A DNA stretch of 63,252 nt, filler included, from Licmophora abbreviata (Eukaryota): the NCBI GenBank assembly GCA_900291995.1. It is 12 parts of 12 records of this genome, joined end to end, with 100 filler letters (N's around TTAATTAATTAA, not from the genome) between each part and the next. Parts side by side here need not be neighbours in the genome. Positions count along the whole stretch, not along the records: positions 24,544 to 29,302 come from OLMU01001643.1; positions 29,403 to 40,004 come from OLMU01001644.1; 10 more parts are not named here. One strand, 5' to 3'. The notes below the pieces were generated by a model. It searched no databases and was not told the origin of the DNA. It saw only the letters and a list, made by a program, of their open reading frames with translations. The translations under genes and the position numbers were made by a program. Positions 25,818 to 36,325 of this stretch are shown piece by piece (the first letter of the stretch is position 1; the number at the start of each line of letters is the position of its first letter).

Positions 25818-26390
25818 GGTGCAGTGAGAAATCGGATTTGATTTGTGTGTGATTAGCTTTGGGGATGAACACGTACTTGCACGCCCACGAGCTATGCTCG
25901 AAAGTTCGCACTGCTCGTAGGTTCGGTTCACACCGCTCCTTCTGGCGCGCCAATCAAAACACTCGGATGATACAAACGACGGATTGTAAGTAGGACACTT
26001 CGGGCTAAAGTTTTCGATTCCGACGGCGATGTAACATGCGAGCTCCCACAACATAACTTGTACATATTCTCGTTGAGGCACCGACGATCAATACGAGGCC
26101 GACCGTATGTAGAACTACGTAGGATCGCTATTCTCTATTCTCACATCATTGATGTTGAAGTGCGCAAGGTTGACATCATTCATTGGAGTTCCGTTCGCGG
26201 CGTCCAGACGTCAGTCCATACGCCATACGTGACCAGCTCGCAGACCCGCCATAAAAGCTGTCGCCATAGTATGGTACTACATATCACTAGAGACAACTTC
26301 TGCTACCCGTACTCATTAGCTGGCTATGCAATACAGTCTTCTTCAAATCTACTGAAGTATATGATATTCTTTTGATTGCATGCGACAATC

Positions 26391-27656
26391 TTAGGCCTTG
26401 AAGGATATCGCTCCAGGGCCAATGTTTGGAGTTAGCGTGAACGACCGGGATGCATCGGAGAAGCCGCTCCATCGACCGTAACGATTCCACAGCTCTCTCG
26501 ACACATAGACTAGCTTGATATTGTGCTCTTCTTTTTCCGCCATACCTGCCTTCAGCATCGGAGTCCAGTCAAGATCGGGGCTGTCGAGGCTACTCTCCGG
26601 GTAGGCGATCTGAACCTGCTGGAGGGCTTCTGTCGGAGGGAAGCCGCCAGTGCTTGCCGCCAACAAGCAAACCAGCATGCCGTAGTATACTTTCAAAGCA
26701 CGTCTTGAGACGCCGTCATTACCGATCACCTTCAACACGTGTTCGAGTCCCCAGAGGCTGGTAATAGAATGAAGCACCAAAAAGTTTCCGTTTCCATTGT
26801 TGTCGCGGGTCGCTAAATACAGGTTCACCGTCAGGCGATACATCGGTTCCCACAAGTCATCAGTGTTCGTATCAGAAGACGAGAGCCACCAAGGTATGCG
26901 AGTTGCCACGTCGTGTGGCTCGTGTAACACTTTTGCGAGCTGCCATTGGAACCCAGCTGGAACCAGCTCGGCGTGGAAGTCTTCGCCGTACTTCTTCTTG
27001 ACCGGATCAATCCAAGTTTTCGACAACCCTTCCGCTTCCCACTTGTTGGCGATTCGAATCATTGATTTCATGGGCGTCGTTTCGTCGCTCTCCTCGTCTG
27101 AAGTTAGCTTGCTCTCGTCGACGGCAACATGGCAAAAGTTAAGGTATGCCAGGCCCTCCACGGTCATCCAAGAGTTGTTGGCGTCAATGGCCCATCCTAG
27201 ATGAATAATTCCATGTGTTAGGGCTCCCGCAATACCATCCAGCATTGAGGGGGCGTAATGCTGCACAAGTTTGTCGGTGTTGCCTTCGAAGCGAGTCTGT
27301 AGCTCAGAGTCGAGAAACTTGCACATTTCTTGCCAGTGAACCTTCTTTCCACGCCACTGGTTGTATTCTTCCAGGGTGCATGGTTTTACCTCCCTCCAAG
27401 GAGTAGACACGGCATGGAGGGCAAGATTGTACGGAGTTAGCGTCGTGTACTCGTTCCAGTACTCCTGGACTCGTTCTTCGGGTGCGTCGATTCTTTCCAG
27501 AGCGATGATGGCGTGCTTGGCGTGGTTCGAAAGATACCCGTTGAATTCAATGTCAAATTGCTTGTTGGAGAGAAGAGTCTGAGCAAGTCGTCGCATTGTT
27601 TGGCTAGTTGTCTGGGTCGTTAGGGCCGTAGCGAGAAGCGGAGCTTTCAGGTTCAT
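26391..27656 (-). CDS. Questin oxidase-like (DUF4243/AflY family) metalloenzyme
   Basis: Intronless. Motifs FNGYLSNHAKH, GALTHGIIHLGWA, EGLAYL, NFLVLHSITS, EEHNIKLV match my recollection of this family. Start 27656 or 27596. Confidence 0.8.
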   Translation of the reverse strand: MNLKAPLLATALTTQTTSQTMRRLAQTLLSNKQFDIEFNGYLSNHAKHAIIALERIDAPEERVQEYWNEYTTLTPYNLALHAVSTPWREVKPCTLEEYNQWRGKKVHWQEMCKFLDSELQTRFEGNTDKLVQHYAPSMLDGIAGALTHGIIHLGWAIDANNSWMTVEGLAYLNFCHVAVDESKLTSDEESDETTPMKSMIRIANKWEAEGLSKTWIDPVKKKYGEDFHAELVPAGFQWQLAKVLHEPHDVATRIPWWLSSSDTNTDDLWEPMYRLTVNLYLATRDNNGNGNFLVLHSITSLWGLEHVLKVIGNDGVSRRALKVYYGMLVCLLAASTGGFPPTEALQQVQIAYPESSLDSPDLDWTPMLKAGMAEKEEHNIKLVYVSRELWNRYGRWSGFSDASRSFTLTPNIGPGAISFKA

Positions 27657-27838
27657 GTCGACGGGTTTAGGTTGATTGATTTTTGTGGGACATCCAACTT
27701 GCATGGGGGGGTATCAACATCGACAATCGCGAACGGCTTGGAACAAGTTCCAGGTACTGGTACCCATGGTAATGATCTCTACGCGATATCAACGTAGGTC
27801 TAAAGACTGCGCGGGAAGCTTTGTACTTCCGGGTTTTG

Positions 27839-28037
27839 GAATTCGAAAGACTTCATGCTTCGCGTCGTCTGTCGTCTCGCTTTCGTCGGAAGCTAAGTAA
27901 CTACTCCGAGTAGCTCTCATCGACGGCAACATGGAAAAAGCTCAGGTATGTCAAATCCCTCAACCGTCATCCAAGAGTTTTGAGCGTCAACGGCTCATCC
28001 CATTTGAAAAGCTCCATGCATCGGGGCTCCGGCAATA
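27839..28037 (-). pseudogene. Decayed partial duplicate of the adjacent questin-oxidase-like gene
   Basis: Aligns by eye to 27051-27234. Reads IAGAPMHGAFQMG*AVDAQNSWMTVEG / LTYLSFFHVAVDES versus parent IAGALTHGIIHLGWAIDANNSWMTVEGLAYLNFCHVAVDES; TGG->TGA at 27995-27997 plus a frameshift. Confidence 0.85.
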
Positions 28038-28145
28038 TAAGCACCGTTCAGAATCGACGACGACAGTAGCAAACTAGGAAGTAAGTCACGAGCTATCAAC
28101 AGCTTTGGCATTGTTTCTCTGTACAATTTAATCTGCATGCTTAAG

Positions 28146-29199
28146 CTACTTTTCCAACAGCTGCCGCGGCTTTAGATGAAACAATTTGTCTTCCTCTGAG
28201 ATAGAATCATCCATGAGATTACGCACTACCATCATGATCTCCGCCAGCGTCACATCTCGGTCTTTCGGCCAAACTTTATCAATGTTTTTCATGTCTAAAT
28301 CAAAGCCCGGCATTAAATTCAATCTCGTGACCAACATGTCCCGTTCGACAATACTGACAGCAAAGTCACGATTGGAATCCGACTGCGTGACGACGCTGAC
28401 TACCTGCTGCGTGATTTGCTGTTCGAGTTTCTGTTTGATGAGAGTCTGCAGACGGCCGTTCTCCGTCACAATGTGAACCAGTTTATCGACGTTTGTTTTC
28501 TTTTGTACAGCCAGCTTCCCTAGCTCCTTCTCGACGCTCTCGAGACTTGGGTAGCAGCAAGCAGTGCGGACGACAAGTAAGCAAAAATTAGTCACTGTAG
28601 GGTTCACTCAACGTTACTGATACCCGCACTCCTTTGAATACACGCGAGGACTCACTTTCCCACGCTCTTTTCCAATGAATCGATGCTACCGTTCAGGACG
28701 TTTATTTCTTTCGACAAATCGTTGACATGTTCTCGGAGAATATTCTGGTTACCTCGCAGCCCACCCAATCCCTTCAAGTGGCGTTTCTGAAGTGCAGCAT
28801 AAGGCGCCAGTAGTAGCGTAGTGATGGACGCCACGTCGACGACGTGACCGGTCGTCGTAGCCATGGTGGCTATCGCCGATCCCGCTGTCCAAGGAGGAGG
28901 TGCGGTAGAGACAACAGAGTGAGCGAGATCTGAATGAGTGACTATGGTCAATCCCGGATCTCTGCAAATCGTTTGCACGTATGTGATCACAGATCTACAA
29001 CCAACTGCGCACCTCCTGCAATCCCAATGATATCCATGGGCGTCCGTGAGACTTTTGTTACAGCTTCGTCAGTGTTTTCGCCTTTCACGGATCCGTCGGG
29101 ATTCTGCGGTGACTCGCCAATCTTGGAAACGAACTGTTTCGTGGCGACAAGGCTGTGAACTGCGTTGGCCATGAATGAGGTCGAACTAACTTCACTCAT
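28146..29199 (-). CDS. Hypothetical TM + coiled-coil + EF-hand-like protein (family member A)
   Basis: Introns 28885-29012 and 28546-28655 give a continuous frame: hydrophobic segments, APYAALQ, coiled coil, QSDSNRDF...E, RLNLMPGFDLD. Confidence 0.8.
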
Positions 29200-29595
29200 G
29201 CCGACTGCCTGACTCGAGCGACGGAGAATGTCAACTTTGGTTTCAATGGGGTCCTATCTGTGGGTGGGAATGGTGTAGAAGTGGCAAATCTGTTTTCCCT
29301 GCNNNNNNNNNNNNNNNNNNNNNNNNNNNNNNNNNNNNNNNNNNNNTTAATTAATTAANNNNNNNNNNNNNNNNNNNNNNNNNNNNNNNNNNNNNNNNNN
29401 NNTGAGAAAGATACCGATTTGCAGACTTCGAACAACATTTCGAATTCCGATTTAATTTCGGGATTGGCAATGACGCTGTGCCGGCCACTCTGTGCCGGAG
29501 ATGTGGTGTGCCATTCGCTGTCTATCAGAACATTCTCATCGATTCGTCGTTGATACCGGACTACTGTAGTGCCCCGCACTGCTCTCTAAGGTACC

Positions 29596-30593
29596 ATGAC
29601 TTCTGTTTATAATGACCTGGAGGCCGGGGAAAGCACACCTCTGGTTCCGAAACCAGAGGACGACGAACCTCCACCTCTCGAAGAAATTAAAGAGCACACC
29701 TTCAAGGAGAAGATGGTGGCCAGTGCTGCCGCTGTAACTTGTAAGTATAGCAGTATAAAAGGTGTATTGAATAGTGTGGCAACGAGTTCGTTGCGATGGA
29801 TCCCTTACGACGGACGGTCTTCCGAAACTGGAGTCACCGACTAACTCTCGCTATGTTGCTATTTTTGCAGTCTCCACTTCGGTCGCCGCCATGTTGATCG
29901 AGAGTCACCCAAGCGTCTATATCTCGGGGGTGATCGGAACAGTGGTAGCGCCCTATGCTGCCTTGCAGCAGCAAAAACTCACCGAAGTGGAAGCTCTTAA
30001 ACAGACAAACAAACGACTAGATGAGGAAGTGGACCAACTTCAATACGAGAACCAGCGCCTCTCGTCACAAGTGACCGGTTTGGAACAGAGCGTGGGAAAG
30101 TAAGAAAGCCTCTTGTGCAGCGATCTCGATTGAATCTTCCTGTATGAAACTCGCAAAATTTGTCTGCTTCTTCTCCGTCACTCACACCTCGCTATGTCAA
30201 CTTATCAGTCTTCAAGAGATGCAAAAGACACTCGAGACGGTTCGGGCCGTCGAAGGACAATCGCTGGAAGAGTTGGAGCGTCAGTTGGAAGAATCACAAC
30301 AAATTCTCGATAAGATGGAGGACAGCTGGAGCGCCAATGTGTTGCAGAATATCTTTAGCGTCGTTCTGGCATGTGACGATGGGGACATGCACTTGAAGGA
30401 CGAAGAGATCAACGCCATGATTGAAAAGATTGAAGGCATCCAGGGTGTCGACTTGAAGGAAGGGCTGCTTCGCAAAAAATTGCTGGAGCAAGGTCGATCC
30501 ATGAATGCCGTAATGGAAATTGTCAAGAACTTACTGGATGACGACGTGCCGCAAGAAGAACACATTTTCAACTTCATTGACAAGAAGCAGTAG
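29596..30593 (+). CDS. Hypothetical TM + coiled-coil + EF-hand-like protein (family member B)
   Basis: Introns 29741-29870 and 30100-30208. Shares APYAALQ...LExSVG and ...IMxxVxNLxDD...F with member A. Confidence 0.8.
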
Positions 30594-30738
30594 GCTCTAC
30601 GGCGGAAGGTGTGACGCTCCCTTGTTGCAGTGTGTACAGTGTCATCAGGGACGAAAAATAGTCCACGGCAGTAGGAATAGGAAACTTAAATGTGGCATCT
30701 TAATAGGCTTGCCTTGTTCTCAATGATATGATCTAACT

Positions 30739-32310
30739 CTATGTGAAGTTACCACCTCCGGCACCGCTTTTCGGTGTCTTTTTGCGTTGCGTGTCGCGTT
30801 TCTGTGCCAGCGCGATATTCTTGAGCGCATTCTGCACCATGGGATCGTTCGTATGATCTTCATCGGCAGCATTCATTCTGGCAAGAACTAGGAAGTCACG
30901 AAAGTACGTAAGCGCATCCGCCGTGTTGCCCTTGCGGGCGTGACACACGCCGAGGGCATTCAGACATTTGGCAGTGTCCATATTGTCTTCGCCCACGAGT
31001 CGTTTCGTAATGCGATAGGCGCGTTCGAGTTCATTCATGGCCTCGTCGAGTTGATCCTAGTAGTGCGGCGAACGTGGTCAAGGGAACGACAGAAAAATGG
31101 TGAATGAGTGAGTGAGATGCGTACGGTGGCCCGAGACGTTCCTGCAAAATCGTGTACCGGTAGGCTATCACAGTCTACATACCTGCTTGATCAAAATTTC
31201 CCCCCTTTTTCGCCTCGCAATCGCTTCGACCCCCGGTTCCTCTCCAGCATTATAACTTTGCTCCTTGATCGATTTCAGTACATTTTCGAAGTACTCCTGT
31301 GCATGTAGCGTATTATCCAATTCAACATAGCAGTCGCCGATATCCAAGTCAAGTTGTTGTCTTCGCAGGACAGCGTCGTCGTCGTTGGGGTCGAGATACT
31401 CCTCGAGTTCACGATACTTTAACAAGGCCTGCTGCGACTGCATCAACTGTCGGTGCAGCATAGCCTGAGTGGACAGAACTTTGACAATGTCTGGATGCGG
31501 CGTATCGGGGTCGCCGTCGCCGTCGTTGCTTTGACCATTGGCATTCCGAAAGTGTTCTTCGGCTCGTTCCAAATATTCCATTGCTTTTTCCGAGTCGCTT
31601 TCATACATGTAGGTCAAGGCAATCCCATGCAGTGCAGTGCCAACATGGTGGTGATGTGACGATCGAAGAAGAAATGCACCCGCTTGATTATCTTGTTTCT
31701 CTTTGAAAAAGGAGTGGTCGATCGCCTGTTGTAGATATTGTCGTGCCTCACGAAAGTTCTTTTGATGATAGCAATGATTCCCCAGTCCCATGTAAACTTG
31801 AGCAAGCTGTTGTTTGACATCCTTGTTATCTTTGCCCGATTCCTGGCTACTACTATTCAATATCCCCAACAAGACGGTATCGACTTGAATCGCATCTTCG
31901 TACGACCGCAATTCCGAATGACACTCTTGGAGTCTCGTCAGAGCATCTATGGTCCGTTGTCCCGTCGAGGAGGGGTTCGCCGCAACAAGATCTTGATAAT
32001 CGTTCAACGCTTCTTGTAATTTCGGTTCCCATTCCTTTACATGCGCCTCCCACAACTCTTCTTGGTTCGCTGGAGCTCGTTTCGGGACGACTTCTGCCTC
32101 CGGAATGGTCGTGGTCGAGGACGAGTCGGTGCTGATGTTGCGGTGTAGCGACCGCTTGGGGGGGAAACGGTGGACTGCAGCTTGAACGAAGACTATATTC
32201 TCATAGTGACGACGGTAACAAGCTGGCGTAGAAACATTCCTAGCAGCTTGCGTCGGTCGTACGAAACGCCGAGCAAGGGCGGATGCCGTCGGTCCTGCGA
32301 CTCTCACCAT
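30739..32310 (-). CDS. TPR-repeat protein, probably mitochondrial
   Basis: Arg/Ser/Ala-rich N-terminus. TPR-like helices (AQVYMGLGNHCYHQKNFREARQYLQQA; TAKCLNALGVCHARKGNTADALTYF). Intron 31057-31182. Confidence 0.8.
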
Positions 32311-32556
32311 GGTGGGAGGTGTCTCGAAGTTTGAAGTTTGAGTGAAAAGAAAAAGTGAGTGGACATACGTATGCGCGTCGCGCGCAGAAGTGGGCGCCTT
32401 GTGATCCACGGCTGACGGGCAGACTCTGAATGTTTGATGTTTGGAAATTGAAGTTTGGAGTGACGAAACTGGACGATGATGACCATTACACCATGGGAAA
32501 CATCATCGACGCGAACAGACATCATCGATCGCTCCCTCTTTGCTTAGCAGTAGAAT

Positions 32557-34236
32557 ATGTCGTCCTCTTGGAATTCAATCACGTTCCTTCGCAATGTCAA
32601 AGAAAATGACGGTCGCAGAAATCGACAGTGGATCAAGCGAGTGCTAGTTTGGATTGGAGTTTTGCAAGTCGGCTTCTTGCTGTTGTATCTGCTGATACGA
32701 GTCGAAGAAGGGCCCCCAGAACGTACATCCTTGCGAGTACCAAGTAGAGAGACTCTCATGTCAAGGTGAGTGCATGTATGTACCTCTGAACGTATGTTGC
32801 GTGCGAGAGAGAGAGTGCAGGGGAACTGTCATTCTCGCGTAAAGTCGTCAGGTGCCAGTATATAGTCCTTCGTATCATACTCGTTGCTCACGACACTGCC
32901 ATCATATACTTGTATTGTACCACTTCATCCTGCTACTTTAGTTCCCATTCACACGCCAACAAGGAATTGGCTGTACTAGAGGCAAACTACTTCTTGATCG
33001 ATCTCGATGTCACCAATATTCAGCCGGCGGCACCTTCGTCCGCAGGTCGTTCCACCGCCTCCTATTCTGGTGTGCGTGCCACCTTTTGTCCCATTGACTG
33101 GCATCTACAAAAGAACCAGCCATCCAGTGTGCCCATGTTTCGTGATTTAGTCAAGGGCTCCTCTCACTGCGACTCTCATAAAGTACAGTACGATCTCAGC
33201 ACCATTGTTTCCAAAATACGAAGGCACGACATGGATGCCATCATCAGCAACACTAAGAACAACAATCCGCATTATGGCAGTACCGCCGTCCACCATTTGG
33301 CGCTCAAAGGCGTTGTCTTTCACGAGACGCGATGTGGATCGACGCTTGTGGCGAATCTACTATCCGCACAGGATCCAGTCACCAATCGCGTGTACAGTGA
33401 AAATAGTGTGCTGCTGCAGGCGCTGACGGCTTGTGATAGTGAGCACTTGACGGGAACGAACAAGTGTGATTCACAAATTGCCAGTGCCTTGTTACAAGAT
33501 ACAATCTATCTACTCAATCGGAGCAGCGACAAGCGAGAGAAAAACGTCTTTTACAAGTTCCAGAGTGCGGCGACACACCATATATCTCTATTTGCGCAAA
33601 ACTTTCCAACGGTTCCCTGGGTCTTTGTCTATCGGGATGGAGTTGAGATTATGAGCAGTCACTTTCAGAACAAAGGAGTACCTGTCAGTGATTCCAATAC
33701 AAAACTGAACCATGCAGAGTGTTTGCGAAGTCGCAAGAATCCTCCCGCGCTGGTGCAAGAGTTGGTGGAGGGACGACCGCTGGAATCTCTATCGAGCGAA
33801 GAATACTGTGCAGTTCATTTGGTGAGTTGCAGAGAGTGTGTGGCAGGACGCCTGCGATCGCCGCCTGTTCTTGACGCGTGAGTGCATTGTCTCATTAGTT
33901 CGTCGCCATCGCACATAGGCATCGCTCTGCGAATCTGCCTTGCGGCAGCAAGCATCCTCCTCACATGTCCTGGGTCGATTTGTCAATTACGATGCGCTCC
34001 CGGAGGCTGTTTGGGATTGGATCCTACCCACCCACTTTGGTGTTTCGCCTATTCACTCGCATCAGCTCGAACACATGAAGACGACTGCGACAGTCTATTC
34101 CAAAGAGCGCTTGAGCAATGCCACGTGGCAGGAAGACTCGGCACGGAAACACGACATGGCTTCGAAAGAAGTACAGGACGCCGCGACTCTCTTTCTTGAC
34201 GAACCGTATCGTAGGATGGAACACTTGTCGTTGTAA
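32557..34236 (+). CDS. Type-II membrane sulfotransferase-like protein (FHETRCGSTL family), paralog 1
   Basis: Exons 32557-32765, 32942-33821 and 33919-34236. N-terminal TM segment; 5'-PSB-like loop VFHETRCGSTL; 3'-PB-like WVFVYRDGVEIMSSH. Confidence 0.75.
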
Positions 34237-34327
34237 AATTACGAAATACCGCTAGAAACGTGTAGACTACCCTAATACCAACAACCATAATAATAAAAAT
34301 GTAACAGCTACCTACAACACTTTTGTT

Positions 34328-35989
34328 TCATCGTCGCCTCTTTCGAGTGAGACCTGGAGCCGCCTCCAGGGGATTGTACAGAAAAATGGGAGAGGGCGAT
34401 CCAGACTTGGCGTGTCGAAAGAGTGCTAGGAGCGCACCCTGATTTCCTTGGTGTGGCTTGAAAACGAGCGCCTTCAATGCTCGAGCGTCGACAGTGATGC
34501 CAGGAATGGACTTGAGGCGAGCCGTGAGGAGTTCCAACCCCAACCGATTCAAAACAACAGACGAGCTGTCTCGATTGCAAATGAGGATGTTTCTGGATAT
34601 TGTCATGAGGACTTGTTGTTCGAGGCGTCTCTGTTGGTAGAAGACATAATAGAAGCGAGTGAGCAAATGAGCTAACGAAAGCCATCTTTTGAAGTCGTCC
34701 ATCACAGCACTAGATTACATTGACAGACACGAGCCTCCTCACCTGTATTTCTCGTAGAGTCGCTTCTCGCTGTTGAACGAGTTGTAGCACTCGATCGAGC
34801 GCAGTGCGATCGTCGTCATTGATGATAGTAGGTACTACTGGTAGATGACTCTTGGCCAGGGCGAGACGCGTTTGTAACATTCCGGAACGGCGCGATAGAG
34901 ATGTGTTGGATGAGTGTAGTCCTTTGCGTTGAAGACAAAGCGAGTGGTGAAGGGCTTTCTGTTGCTTCTGACCTAGACACGAATAGAGGATGAGCGAGTG
35001 ATGCAAGGCGTGAGTTGTCGCGTGCGAGAGCAAGGTAAACATAGGACATAAATCAACGTACCACCACCCTTGGTGTCGTTACAGTGTCGTTGACACAAGA
35101 CCCAAACGCACATGGAAAGAGTCACAAGCGGCGAAATGTAGAGCAAGGGCGACGGCGTGAGGAGTGGCATGAACGCCATCACGGCTGCACCAAGGATGAT
35201 TCCTCCCAGAAGGGCAAAGAAGGTAGTAGCAGATTGGGTCGACGCGACATTTTCTTCCACACGAGTTTCCTTGAAAGTTTCGTCGTTGCCGAGGCCGATC
35301 TCGAGTATCGGTGGAGCAGTCTCGTTCTCGCTTGTCGTTCGCGGTGTGTGAGGCGAGTCGTCTTCCCACGAAGTCACCGTCGACAATGTTGGACTCGTTG
35401 TGATGACACTACTGGTCTGGTCCGTGTCGGTACTGGAAGTGGTTTGAATAAAAATGTCGATCGATCGAGGAGGAGGAGGAGCCTGCTGTTGCTGTTGCCG
35501 TGTGTCTTTCAATGACGATGCAGCGGCAGCCTTGTTCGCACGATCAGCTCGGTTCTGTTTTCTTTGCTTACTCGTAGTACCATGATGACTGCCTCCTGTA
35601 GTCTTCTTTTTGTTGTTGTTCTTCTTCGTCTTGGTAGTTCTAGCGCTCTTACTTCTCGCAGCTGCAGATTCGACAGTGCCGCGTCGTCCTTCGAGCCTCT
35701 TGTGACGAAAGAGCAACTTTTGCGTGAGCTTGGCCTTGAGGAGCGAGGAGATTCGTCCTGCAGTTCGTTTTCTACTAGCGGTACGAGTAGCACTGGTACC
35801 ACCACTGCTGCCGGTACTGGTATTTTCTGTAACGTGGTGGTACTGATGTGGCTCGGAGGATCCATCCGGTATCTGTATCAGCGCTGCACCGCCTCCATCA
35901 GGGACTCCTTTCTTTGCTTGACGCATCCTTCCTTGAACGAGCTCTCTGTGAGGATGGCGAAAGAAGGAAAGAATGGAGAATGTGACCAC
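34328..35989 (-). CDS. Hypothetical 2-TM protein with basic disordered N-terminus; divergent member C of the 28146-30593 family
   Basis: Introns 34973-35061 and 34631-34742 give a continuous frame. C-terminus LDRVLQLV...IQRRLEQQV...LLTARLKSIPGITVD resembles member A (VDKLVHIV...IKQKLEQQI...MLVTRLNLMPGFDLD). Confidence 0.65.
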
Positions 35990-36325
35990 GAGATGCTGCT
36001 CTCTTTCTCATCATCGTCCTCGTGATGAAGATGTGACACCATTTTTGGAGATTGCGCGCGCCACAATTTGAAACCTCAAACATACAACATACTACATGTA
36101 GGGATATGTTATTTCAAACCAGCTTCTTTTTGACGGGTGTAGGCAGACTACTACTCCTCCACGTAAAGCTCAAAACCCATTCTCAGCTTCTCAGAATGCA
36201 CGGCTGGGAAGGCTTCACCGTATCTCACGCTACAATTCCAAACAAGACGACAAACACCAAAACACAAAACACCTTTTTCACACCTTGTCCCTCGTGTGTC
36301 GACACAAAGCAGAAAAGCAAACAGC

